Assembly (NCBI GenBank): GCA_951406725.2
Contig: OX597822.1
Coordinates: 57,474,001-57,538,000, forward strand
DNA from: Octopus vulgaris
Lineage: Eukaryota
Direction of reading: 5' to 3'
DNA length: 64,000 nt
Both the position numbers and the translations under genes were made by a program. Shown in pieces: positions 25,936 to 37,372 of this stretch. The first letter of the stretch is position 1. Each line of letters opens with the position of its first letter. The notes beneath the pieces were generated by a model, which saw only the letters and a program-made list of their open reading frames with translations, was not told the origin of the DNA and did not search any database.

Positions 25936-27039
25936 AAAAGATATATAAAAACATCATGCTAAAGCATTCCCATTTCCAGTGCAGTCTTATCTTTATGCTA
26001 AATTCTTGTCTAAAACATGGATGATTATCATCAACATGTTTTATCATCATCAGGCCAAATTTGAACAGTTGTCTGTCTGTTTCACTATATTTACCTTGGC
26101 TGGTCTCTTCCTTCCTGGCATAATCACTCATGGCATTTTTTTCACTTGGCACACATTGTCTATTTTTATTTTAAATCCAAATCACTTCTCAAGCTTAAAA
26201 CATCAACTAATGCCTTTACTGTCCAACCATTAAAACTAGTCAATATTTCAAAGTTCTATCACACAGCCAATGAATCAAACATAGCTTCTAATCTTCTTCA
26301 GCTGCAAGAGATTCACTGTCCATGTAGCTGAATTTAAATGATGTAACAAATTTTGTATAATAAAAAAGCTGCTACTAACTGTTATCATTTAACAAAAGTA
26401 TTTATTTCATTTTTATATCCACTTTCCCATTACAGGTTCAACAATTCAAAATGTAATGCAGTTAAATAGGTCAATGTTTGTCACATACCCAAAAACATTG
26501 TGTGTGTGAGTGTGTGGGTATAGCCATCTATGTATTATACTTAATGTTATATACCCTGTTGATAGGCCAGTTACCACAGTTTTTGTCCTGAAATAACATC
26601 TGTTATGGACATGCTGTGTTAAAACACAAACATCACAGGGATGAAAATTTATCCCAGCAGCAGCCAAGAGAGTGCCAGATGCATTTCAGCCTTTTTAATG
26701 GTGTGTACTTGCAGCCAGCCACATACACAGATGAAAATTCCTCATCTCTGATATAATGAAAATTGACTAAAACATTCACTGATGTTGCAAATAGCTGCCT
26801 GGCTGATAAAAAATTTGGTATATGCAACTGAGGCAGTATTTAATTAAACTAGCCTTCTATGCCTCATACTTAATGTTTACACACTGTCGGTAGGACAATT
26901 ACTGCAGTATTTATACTGAGATAACATCACTTAAGGATTTGTAGTGTTCAAAACAATAAATGTCAGAGACGAAAATTTATCCCAGCAGCAACCAGTGAGA
27001 GTGCCAGATACATTTTGGCCTTTTTAACAATGCATACTC

Positions 27040-27200
27040 TCACCTTTATAAGCTGTTTACAATGGTCACAATCACCAGACTATTAAAACACGTTGACAAC
27101 CAATAGCCGAGAGAGCAAGTAGGTTTCCGTAAGAACTACAGTATGATAGATCACATATTCAGTCTAACAGAGCTCATAGAATGAGCAAACAAATACAAGG
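27040..27200 (+). mobile_element. RTE LINE reverse-transcriptase fragment
   Basis: YKLFTMVTITRL...PREQVGFRKNYSMIDHIFSLTELIE matches YK.F...Q.GFR...ST.DHIF.L. Confidence 0.75.
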
Positions 27201-27519
27201 ATGAGAATTCATCATTTGTACTTTGTCAATCTTGTACACTATTATTACATATAAACAGAGGAAGCATGCTTTCTTCATTTTTTTCTAAAATATTCACAAA
27301 ATCTCTACATTCAAGATTTAAATCTGTTACATCTCACAGACAAAATGACAAAGGACTGCAATGATTGGTCACACACTATGTGGAAGAAGACTTGCCTGGT
27401 AGTCCAAGATTGACAAAATGCCCATTAAAATTGTGTGTGTGCATACAGACTCACACATAAACACATTGTATATATATATATACATGTATATATATATATA
27501 TATGAGGGAGCGAGAGAAT

Positions 27520-27884
27520 CTTGCTTCTCAACCACATAGTTCCAGGTTCGGTCCCACTACGTGGCACCTTGGGCAAGTGTTTTCTAGTATAGCCTCAGGC
27601 CGACCAAAGCCTTGTGAGTAGATTTGGTAGACGGAAACTGAAAGAAGCCCATCGTATATGTATGTATATATTCATGTGTGCGTGTTTATGTCTCTGTTTG
27701 TCACCCCACCATCGCTTGACAACTGATGTTGGTGTGTTTATGTCCCTGTAACTTAGTGCTTCTGCAGAAGAGACCGATAGAAGAAGCACCGGGCTTACAA
27801 AGAACAAGTTCAAGGGTTGATTTCTTTGACTAAAAGGCAGTGCTCCAGTGTGGTCACAGTCAACTGACTGAAACAAGTAAAAGA
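27520..27884 (+). mobile_element. Family-A SINE, 5' end lost
   Basis: Colinear with 701-1091 from the B-box region onward. Confidence 0.85.
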
Positions 27885-28749
27885 ATATATACATAAAAAC
27901 ACACACACACACGTGCAGACACTGCTATAATAGGTGCAAGTATAGTTTCAGGTTCAGTCTCATTGTACGGACCTTAGGAAGTGTCTTGTGCTACAGTTCT
28001 GAGCTAACCAAAGCTTTGAGTAGATTTGGTAGAGAGCAACTGAAAAAGTTTGTTGTATAAATGTGTACATATGTATGTGTGTGTGTATGCACATGTGTTA
28101 ATGTTTGTTCAGATACCACCAGCTAAAAGCAGTGGCACTTGTTATTTATCCTAACAAATCAGCCACTAGTTTTGCACTTTCAAAGATGTATGAAATAAAG
28201 TGATTTTTTAGTTGAAAAATATATAGGCATGGCTTAACAACAGGAAGGGCATCTGGCTGTAAAACAATGACTCTAAAATAACACATACATGCATGGAAAA
28301 TGGATGAAATCACAAGGATCCATGGATTGGTTCAAATATTCCACACAAACATGAAAAGTGTCATTTAGATTGATGGCTTTGGGAGGCCAATGCAAGCAAA
28401 TGGTTTCATTGGAGGCTGGAGCTGAGAAGATATTTAAAAAGAAAAGCATAGTCAAAGAAAACAGCACCAAGACAAGATCAATAGATAGTGCTTTTAAACG
28501 CAGCCACTGCAGCCAGGATTGTTACCAACCCTAACCCTAACTGTCACCAACATTTGAGCCTCCACGAACACAGCAGATACTGTTCTGCCAAGAACAAAAC
28601 AAGACTTTTCAAGTGCAGATCCATGGTCCTATAAGACTAAATAATGTCCAAACCACAATACACTCATATATACATCATTGTTCTAAAATTCAGACAGAGT
28701 TCATGCATATATGTGTATATATATATATACATATATATACTCATACATA

Positions 28750-30449
28750 TGGTGTACCCCGTTATTCGTGGTTCAACATACGCAGAACTAATAATTATTT
28801 GCGGAAACCACCACATATTCACAGAATCGTAGATATTGTCCACAATTTTTTATGGCATTTTTCATGGCAATATATACTTTTTCACACTTTTTAAGGCTAA
28901 ATTATTAATAACATACTGTATTTGCCGGTTTACTGGATGCCCTTTTACAATTGAACATCCCACTGATTAGAATCGCCACGCATCACGTCACTTGATTTGT
29001 TTTCAGATATAAGTACTCTGTATCTTGTATTTCTTATTCCTGCTTTCAATCAAAGCTTGCTAATTAGTATAGTGACATCTATCTATATTTCACATATACA
29101 CACTCTCTCTCTCCCCCTCTCGCTGTATTTGTCTCTCAACAACCTCTCACTGTAGTGAAACTATATATATACACACACACACACACAGTGTATCGCACCA
29201 GTATTACTTGGGCTAGTGATGGCAGATGAAATATATATATACAACACGAGACTGAATGTTAAGTTTATACTAGTGCTTTTTTTAAAATCATTGCTACTTT
29301 TGATCATACACATTCTTTAGATAATTTTTAAGGTCATGTGCCAATATAGCCTCACTGAAATTACGTTGCTTGCTGCCCCCCACCCTCTTATTATTATAGT
29401 ATAGATTACTGTATCTAGTGGCAATACAAACTAAATTTTTCAAAATCTTTGCTCAATCTCCCATTGGTGGTATGCACATATTAAACACAATGAAGATTTT
29501 TTTTTCTTTTTGGAAAAACTGATCCAATAGCTATGTCCAGTATTTTGTTGAGTGCTGTGTTTTTTACAGCATGTTATTAAAGCCCTAAGATGCCACCCAA
29601 AAGACCCTACACCTTGTCAGGCTTCTGGCAGTGAACCTAAGCACCAGAAAAAGGTTATGACATTCCATGAGAAGGCACAACTGCTGGATATGTTCCAGTA
29701 AGGTAAAAGTTATGTTGCAGTAGGTCGCTATTATGTTGGCAATGAAAGCTCCATATGCACGAGGCTGTCAACAATGCGGTGAAACTGGCAAAGGTACTTG
29801 GAGGCGAAGGTTTTGATGACATCATAGAAGATGAGGTCAATGACTTCATTGATGCCCACTCTGAAACCCTGACAGATGAAGATTTGTTGGAGTTAATGAA
29901 ATCTGCCAGCAAAGAGGAGGATGAGGTGGACCTGACAATCAAATGTCTGTCCAACTTTTTAAGGACAGCAAAGGAATTGCAAGGGAATACGGAAGCATGG
30001 GATCCTTATATGGTTTGGTCTCTCCAATCTAAAAATGCCATTGATGCTGCCATGCAGACATAAAAACTCTCCTCACCACCATGAAGAAACAACAGCAACT
30101 TCCCATCACAAATGTTCCTCAAGCCCACCAAGAAAGCCTTGCATGAAGATACATCCCCCAAAACACCTGATGAAGAGGTGTCACCTGAAGAGCTTTAAAT
30201 CTTCTTTGCTGTGAAGTCATTACCTTCATTATTTTCATCATCATCGTCTTAAATCAATATCATTCTTTATTGGTGAGTAACCATACATTTTACTTGTTTT
30301 TATTAAATTATTATTAAATATTATATATATATTTACATTATATTTTGACATTTATAGGCATTTTTATGGACGAAGTCCAATATTCGCAGTTTTTCACTAT
30401 TCGTGGATGCTCTAGAAACATAACCCCTGTGAATACCAAGTGACTACTG
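28750..30449 (+). mobile_element. Internally deleted pogo/Tigger DNA transposon
   Basis: TA-flanked degenerate TIRs (TGGTGTACCCCGTTATTCGTGG / CCTGTGAATACCAAGTGACTACTG). N-terminal MPPKR..KKVMTFHEK..LLDM..GKSY (HTH-psq-like) is joined directly to C-terminal GGEGFDDIIEDEVNDFIDAHSETLTDEDLLEL. Confidence 0.8.
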
Positions 30450-31153
30450 TATACACGCACACATAATGAAAAATGTATTATGTCAGAAAGAAGTTGGTGG
30501 ATGTAGAAGGAATGAGTTATAAAAAACTGTATAAAGATATCGCAGAGAAAAGCATTAGAAGAGCTCAGAAATTTGCACATTGTAAATAAATATTTGTATG
30601 TAGAGGTACCAAATTCATAATTTATTTTCCAAAACAAGCATGTGGAAGTTGTTTAGATAGCTCCTTCCTACAGCAAAATATTCTTCTGTAGATGGTAGAG
30701 GAACTTTTTCTAACTAGGTAGGTTGAGACATATAGAATGTGTCTCACATAGAGATGCAACATCTGGTCCTATGATCAAAGGCAATCCTGCTGTGACCAGC
30801 CATCTTTTTTTCCAGGCACAGTGTATCTAGAACAATATTATTAATCTGTTCTACCCATTTTTAAGTTAGCAGAATGTGATTTGAGGAAAGTCTAAGTATT
30901 TTAACGTCTCATACTTACTTCTTTATTCAAATACTACAATTGAACCTGTATATTGCACAAATGTAATTCTTTTTTTCCCCAAATAAATTGCACTTCATTT
31001 TCAAGATTCCAATGAAGCTGTAGGATGTTATTCAGGCACTCAACTATAAGTCCACTACATCTTATAGCAGAAACAGCTGTAAGCTAATGAAGTTCATAAC
31101 ATAACCATTGTTTTTTTTCTGTCATCTTTTTTTCTTATTATTACTCTATACTC

Positions 31154-31404
31154 GTGGAGGCGCAATGGGCAGCAGATTCACGGTTTCAATACCCAGACCA
31201 GGTATTGTGAGTGTTTATTGAGCAAAAACACCTAAAGCTCCATGAAGCTCTAGCTACAACTTTCTCTCACTCTTTCTCCTGTTGGCCTGCTCGCTTAGCC
31301 AGCAGGGTGGCGTCATTTGAAGGCTAAAACAATGCGAAGCGCATTGTGACCAGCGATGTCTAGCAACATCTGATAGCCTGGTCGGTCATGGTGATCATGG
31401 TAAC
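31154..31404 (+). mobile_element. SINE (family D) with 12-bp TSD
   Basis: TACTCTATACTC at 31142-31153 and 31405-31416; GTGGAGGCGCAATGG head with partial deletion, GGTTTCAATACC box, (CATGGTGAT)-like tail. Confidence 0.8.
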
Positions 31405-31537
31405 TACTCTATACTCATCAAACACTTTGCTCTGAAAGGTATATGTAATAAATATTAGCAATGGAAGTAGTATTAACACTGAATGACAATCTTTATAACC
31501 TACATAATGTAGATGTATAGTTAGAATGTCATATTAC

Positions 31538-32540
31538 TGTGATATTCGACTTGAGAGATTGTCTCATATAGATATAAAGAGCTAAGACATACAGGTATAC
31601 AGGTATATCATTAGCAGATGGTGTTCTCACATTACACCCTTGTTAAGTAAGATATAAAGATTGCCAATCAGAATAATACTGCTTCCATTGTTAATATTAA
31701 TTTTTTGAAGAGACTACCAGCTATTTGTGACATCAGTGACTGAACAGTCATCGTTTTTCTATATATCATTGGCAGTGGGATTTGGCTGGCATGCAGATTT
31801 TTGCGTTGAGTTGTTGATTTGGTTGGACAATAGCGTTGTTGTTGTGAGCAGTGGGTTATTGTACCTTGAATTTTTGAAACTGTTATATTGTTGGAATTTT
31901 GTAAATTACTGTTGAATTTCTTTCTTTCTTCCCCATTTTTGGGTGAAGATATGGAAGCTGGCAGTTACACTGCTGTAGTAGGCAAAAGCCTGTCAGCCAA
32001 CATACTGCAACTGAAAGAAGTGAAGTTAGAAGACAAACATTTTTAAAAGTTTAATGGACTGTTTGAGAAGAAGGGGAATTGCCTCCAGTTAACGCCACCT
32101 GTCGATGCTTTACAAAAAGTCGTGAAGAATCGTGCATTGAACGTTGAAACTAAACGTGTGGAAGTAGCAGAGATTGAAGCCATTGAAAGAAATACAGCAC
32201 AGTGGAAGTGCGCTTTGTGAACAAAGAAGAAGCAAAAATGTACTCCATTGTGCCTTTGAGAACAGCCAAGTGGATGACACTTAATAATGGTGATAATTTA
32301 CAATATGAATGTGGAAACTGAGAAAAAGATTGCAAAGGTGAAGAATTTAATAAGAGTAAGATTGGATGAAGAGGTGTTTGGTCATGAGGAAAGAGCAGTA
32401 CTGTTGGAGAGAGAGCGAGTCAAGAAATTGACAGAATTGTTTGGAACAAGAATAAGGAAAACTGGACTGTACTTTCAGTATGGCACTACCGAATGGTATC
32501 AAGTTTGATGACTTGACGAATTACATGCGAGATATGTAAA
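31538..32540 (+). mobile_element. Possible decayed retroelement 5' region (LTR/PBS-like boundary, then gag/ORF1-like remnants)
   Basis: TG(31538)...CA(31768) followed by TTGGCAGTGGGAT, similar to a tRNA-Leu PBS; broken coding-like frames starting MEAGSYTAVVGK. Class uncertain. Confidence 0.35.
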
Positions 32541-32974
32541 ATCGTATAAAAGACTGATGAAATTATGATTTATTAGAACAGTAAAATGGAACTGTTTGCT
32601 TTGGGGAGCTCGTAAGCCATTGCATTTTTTCATTCATTAATTCATTACATTCACAAGTCATACGCTTCATTTTATGTACCCCACGTTTTGTGTTGTCTGT
32701 CCTCATGGTGTCCTCTATTTGTTCAGGCTTTATGCCAATAATAAAATATGCAGTGAGTGGATGCCTGCTACAGATGAAGCATATGTTCTAGCAGTTGTAC
32801 CACCCATGCTAGACAATTCTTGTCTACTAACAATATGCCAATGATTCTTAGCACTTTACAACTATATGAGAGGGTCACTCAAGGTGAATATTGCAGTAAT
32901 ACAGCATTCTAACAATACCCTATCCACATTAAGTAGAATATAGAGCTTGCCATATATATGTATGTATGTATATA

Positions 32975-34275
32975 CGACATGGTCCCTCGCTCGCTTATGT
33001 GGTGGTCGATGCAGAAGCCAAGGATAGATAAGTGGTTGGTGAGAGCTGTACAACCAATGTACAAGTATGCTGTCAGTAAGGTGAAAGTCAGTAAACAGTA
33101 TAGCAATGAATTCAGTACACAAGTAGGAGTTCACAAAGGACTGGTTCACAGCCCCCTCTTGTTCATCATAATCCTCCAGGCCATAAGATAGGAATTTGAG
33201 ACAGGTTGCCCTTGGGAGCTCTATGCTGAATCACTACCAGAACTAGAAGCAAGGTCTGGAATCAAAGGGCTTCAGAAGTAATTTAGCAAAGACCAAAGTA
33301 GGAAAACAGACAAATCACAAATCCCCCCAGGAAGATGGCCCTGTTCAATATGTAGAAAAGATATAGGTAAAAGTACATAAGGTGTACCCAGTGCAAGCTA
33401 AAGACACATAAGAGGTGCAGCACTCTCAGAGGAAGGTTAACAGAGAAAGAAGTCTTTATATGAGGTAGATGTGAAGGCACAATAAACACTAGGAATGCAC
33501 AAAGAATAGACTTCAGATGGGTATTTAGAAGTAAATAGCTTCCGTTACCTAGGTGACCAAGTCAGCAGTAGAGGACACTCAGAGCATAGCTATTAGAAGA
33601 AGAACAGGCTGGGCAAAGTTCAGAGAGCTTCTACCTTTGTTGGTAACAAAGGGCCTCTCCCTCAAAGTGAAAGGCAGATTGCATGATGCTTGTGTGCAAA
33701 CAGGCATACTACAAGGCAGTGAAATGGGCTGTGACAGAAGAGGACATGCGAAGGTTTGAAAGAAATGAAGCTAGTATGCTTCGCAGCATGTGCAATGTCA
33801 GTGTGCATTTACAACAGTGTATCTTGAGAGAAAAATTGGGTATAAGAAGCATCAGATGTAATGTGCAAGAGAGAAGATTGTTCTGATATGGTCATGTCAT
33901 GCATATGAACGAGGACAACTGCATAAAGAACGGCCAATCTCTAACTCTAGAGGTAGATCCAGGAAGACATGTAATAAGGTGGTGAAATATCTTCAGATGT
34001 TGAGTCTCATGGAGGTGAATACAGGGTACCAAAATTTTTGGCAATTATGAAATCATTAGCATGGCTAGTGCCAGTAACACGTAAATGGCACCCATGCCAC
34101 TGACATGTGACAGGCACCCAGTATACTCTGTGGAGTGACTGGTGTTACAAAGGGCATCCAGCTGTAGAAACCAAACCAAAACAGATTGGAGCCTGGTGCA
34201 GCTTTCCAGTTTACCAGTTCAAGTCAAACTGTCTAACCCATGCCAGCACAGAAAATAGACACTAAATTATGATAA
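32975..34275 (+). mobile_element. 5'-truncated RTE LINE (RT, Cys-rich insertion, C-terminus, 3' tail)
   Basis: VPRSLMWW...WLVRAVQPMY...VGVHKG..SPLLFIIILQA...GCPWEL; WPCSICRK..CTQCK..HKRC; RTGWAKFRELLPLL; ERNEASMLRSMCNV...VQERRLF*YGHV. Followed by a GGGCATCCAGCTGTAGAAAC tail. Confidence 0.9.
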
Positions 34276-34291
34276 TACATATATTCTTTTT

Positions 34292-34653
34292 CTCTTTTAC
34301 TTGTTTCATTCATTAGATTGGCCATGCTGAGGCACTGCCTTCAAGAATTTTTAGTTGAATATATCAACCCCAGTACTTACTTTTTTTTAAAGTTTGGTAC
34401 TTATTCTATTGCTCTCTTTTGCCAAACCCCTAAGTTACAGAGATATAAACACACTAACACCAGTTGTCAAGTAGTGGTGGGAGACAAACACAGACACACA
34501 CACATGACAGGCTTCTTTCAGTTTCAGCCTACCAAATCCACTCACAAGGCTTTGGTTGACCCAAGTCTATAGAAGACAGTTGCCCACAGTGCCAAGCAGT
34601 GAGACTGAACCCGAACCATATGGTTGAGAAGCAAGTTTCTTACCACACAGCCA
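34292..34653 (-). mobile_element. Family-A SINE
   Basis: Reverse-complement homology to 701-1091. Confidence 0.8.
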
Positions 34654-36068
34654 TAATATATATATACATATATCACAATCTGAGGTTATCATCTAGCCAT
34701 TAACTATCAGGCAATGTGCTGTATTAAATAATATTTCAGCAAATCCAGTTACATTCTCTGTATATCAGATTCCACATCCAGTTGAAACCTCCTTTTCTCA
34801 TATTATCACCATTTCTTTTCAATGTTTAATCATTTACTACAGAGAATAAATCCTTTATCAATTGAATATTCTAAATACCTTTTCTTTCATAGAGATAACG
34901 TTTTTCTGCAATAAGGCAGAGATATAATTGAAAGACTGGAGGAAATACCCAGGAACATGCTCGGCATAAAAACTAAATGGCATGATCTTACTTAATGCTG
35001 TGAAGCAAGAAACGTCAATTAAAATTACCCGTAATGATGAGATCAAGTCATTAGCTAATTATGACCAAGAACTCTGACCAAAAAACACAGGGGAGGTAAT
35101 TCTTCCTCACCTTTTAACTTCTGTATTTCATGCTGGCATGGGTTGGATGGGTTGACAAGGGTCTCTAATGTTTGCTTTGGCAAGGGTTTCTACAACTGGA
35201 TGCCCTTTCTAACGCCAATCACTTTATAGAATGTACTAGGTGCTTTTTGTGTGCGTGTTTGTGACACCAGTACTAGAAATGTCACCAAGACCACTAAGCA
35301 CGAGTTGATGAGTAGTATTGAGGGAGACTGCTTTGGGTCAGGTGTAGGAAGGTTAAAATAGGAAAGAGGAGCAGAAATAATCGTCGTGCTGTAGAAAATT
35401 TACGTCTGGTACGGAAAGAATGGTAGAAAAAATGGTGGAGTTGAAGTTCTAGAGTGTACTCTCAAGATACAAGGTGGATAGAAAATGATAGAGAATCGGG
35501 GATGGCTGGGTTGCTGGATGGGTTTGCGAGAGATTGAAAGGAGAGTGATACAGTAGTGATGGGAACAGAAGTGAAAGCGGTGAATCGTAAAAAGCATGGG
35601 CGAGGGTAAGTCTCAGTTTGGAGGAATGCAAGGAAACTAAAAGTGGGTCGTAGAAAAAGAAGCGATAGGTGATAATATATACGAAAAAAGATAATTAATC
35701 TAAAATTAAAATGTGGGTAATGCAGTAAGATTTTGATAGCGCAAGACCCAATTGACTTCATTTTGCTCTTAAAATGTATCTATCCATTTCACTAAAAGAA
35801 TTGAAAGTTAAATCGATATTAGCGGTTTTGTAACTCATAAGCAAACATGAGATGCCCAAATATTCTGTAAAGCATCTTGATCGACTCGCCACTTCGCCGG
35901 GTGATTTCTTCAGATAGCGTAGAAAGAAAGTCAATTTTGTAAAGAGATTATGAGTCCATTCATCTAGCTACTATACTCCTACTTATTGGCGATCTTTTTA
36001 ATAAGAGATGGACGAAAATCAATATCACTGATTCTATCAAACTCCTAGATGATGAATGAGACATAGGC

Positions 36069-36132
36069 AAACTTTCATCCAATATTTTAATATAATTCAA
36101 AAGAATTGTATTAAAATATTGGATGAAAGTTT
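36069..36132. repeat. Near-perfect inverted repeat (30-bp arms, 4-nt loop)
   Basis: AAACTTTCATCCAATATTTTAATATAATTC-AAAA-GAATTGTATTAAAATATTGGATGAAAGTTT; 29 of 30 pairs are Watson-Crick. Confidence 0.95.
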
Positions 36133-36294
36133 ATATCGAAGATTCATTTTTAAATTAAAATTTAACAAACATTGTGAATTTTGAAGAAGGAAAAGCAGCA
36201 AACTTTACCAATCAAGAAGTCATACATATATTTGGATTAAATAATGTGAAAGAAATACATACTCGCAAAGAATATACATACATACATATATGCA

Positions 36295-36298
<4 letters not shown>

Positions 36299-36343
<45 letters not shown>
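36299..36343. repeat. (TA)n microsatellite, one of many CA/TA/CAT/GA microsatellites in the window
   Basis: Pure TA run. Confidence 0.95.
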
Positions 36344-36346
<3 letters not shown>

Positions 36347-36408
36347 CATGCTACATGCACGAGTAACTTTAATTATTTACATGTAAAGGGCAGAGAAAAA
36401 AAACATAC

Positions 36409-36499
36409 CTTTCTTCATGGCAACGATAGACCTTGATGATACTGTATCAGACGCAACAAGAACATAATCTTTTCCTTTAATTCCAATTAAATATTCCAT
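36409..36499 (-). CDS. PSMB2: Proteasome subunit beta type-2, first coding exon (partial gene)
   Basis: ATG at 36499: [30 protein letters not shown] plus 1 nt, then donor GTATGT. Matches the PSMB2 N-terminus [30 protein letters not shown]. Absent from the ORF track because it is short. Confidence 0.93.
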
Positions 36500-37200
36500 T
36501 TTATCAAATAATGTTGAAGATATGAAAGATTATTATTTACACGCAGCTATGAACAAGCATAAAATGTTAACTTCCGTTTAAGACCGCAGCAAATGATGTT
36601 GCTTTCCTTTTAAATGTTTGTACTTTGTTTGATTTCTGCCGGTTAAAAAGTTAACTGTTGGAAATATTCATATTTTTTTCATCTTGTTTTACAATATAGT
36701 TCTTTTCCTTTTTTTTTCTATAATTCTACAAATTAAAATATTGCAAGACTTGGACAAAACAACAAACTAAAAAACAAAAATTGAAAACAATATGCAGAAT
36801 TTTGTGATTTTTTTTTAAAACAAAATATTTTTCCTTTCAAAAAAAAGTATCTAGTTCGTCTCCAGGACAAAAAAAAAAAAATAAGTGCTTTCTCATAATT
36901 TTTTTACTTTTAATCAGGAAATTAAATGACTGAATTCTTTGAAAAAAAAATTAAAAGACAAGAGAGCAAGATTTAGACTTTTTCTTTTCATTTATAATTT
37001 TAAAAAAGCGTTATCTTTTTCCCTCCCCATCTTCTGCACTTTCTTCCGGAATGAATGGACAAAAACTAAAACATAAATCTGAATTTTGCTTTAAATTTTT
37101 TATTCTTAATCATAAAAATAAATAAATTCGATTTTTCGAAAGTGCGAAATAATATATTTATGATGTATAATTATATATGTTCCGACATTATTCGAGAATG
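36500..37200. promoter_or_regulatory. Probable bidirectional promoter region between PSMB2 and EB1
   Basis: Transposon-free interval between divergent first exons; ETS-like CTTCCG motifs near 36571 and 37043; poly(dA:dT) tracts; locally retained CpGs. Confidence 0.55.
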
Positions 37201-37372
37201 ACGATAAAAATTCCTTTCTCCACCGACATCGTCATCATCACTGGCATCATACACATGAACTCCCACCACCACCACTACAGTCATTCAGCAGTATAACACG
37301 TGACTGATAGCATTCGAATCTACTCAACAGTCAGACAGAGACGTTACTAGAAGCTACCTTCCCACCATTTAG
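37200..37372 (+). other. MAPRE1: Probable non-coding exon 1 (5' UTR) of EB1; start position approximate
   Basis: Strong donor AG|GTAAGA at 37372/37373 in unique, CpG-retaining sequence. The EB1 ATG exon begins with an acceptor, so an upstream exon is required. Confidence 0.55.

Noticed and set aside
28525-28541. Telomeric (CCCTAA)n
   Set aside because: Only about two units; too short to call an interstitial telomere.
34893-35095. Plus-strand exon-like segment with acceptor and donor
   Set aside because: Stops in all frames and no partner exons identified.
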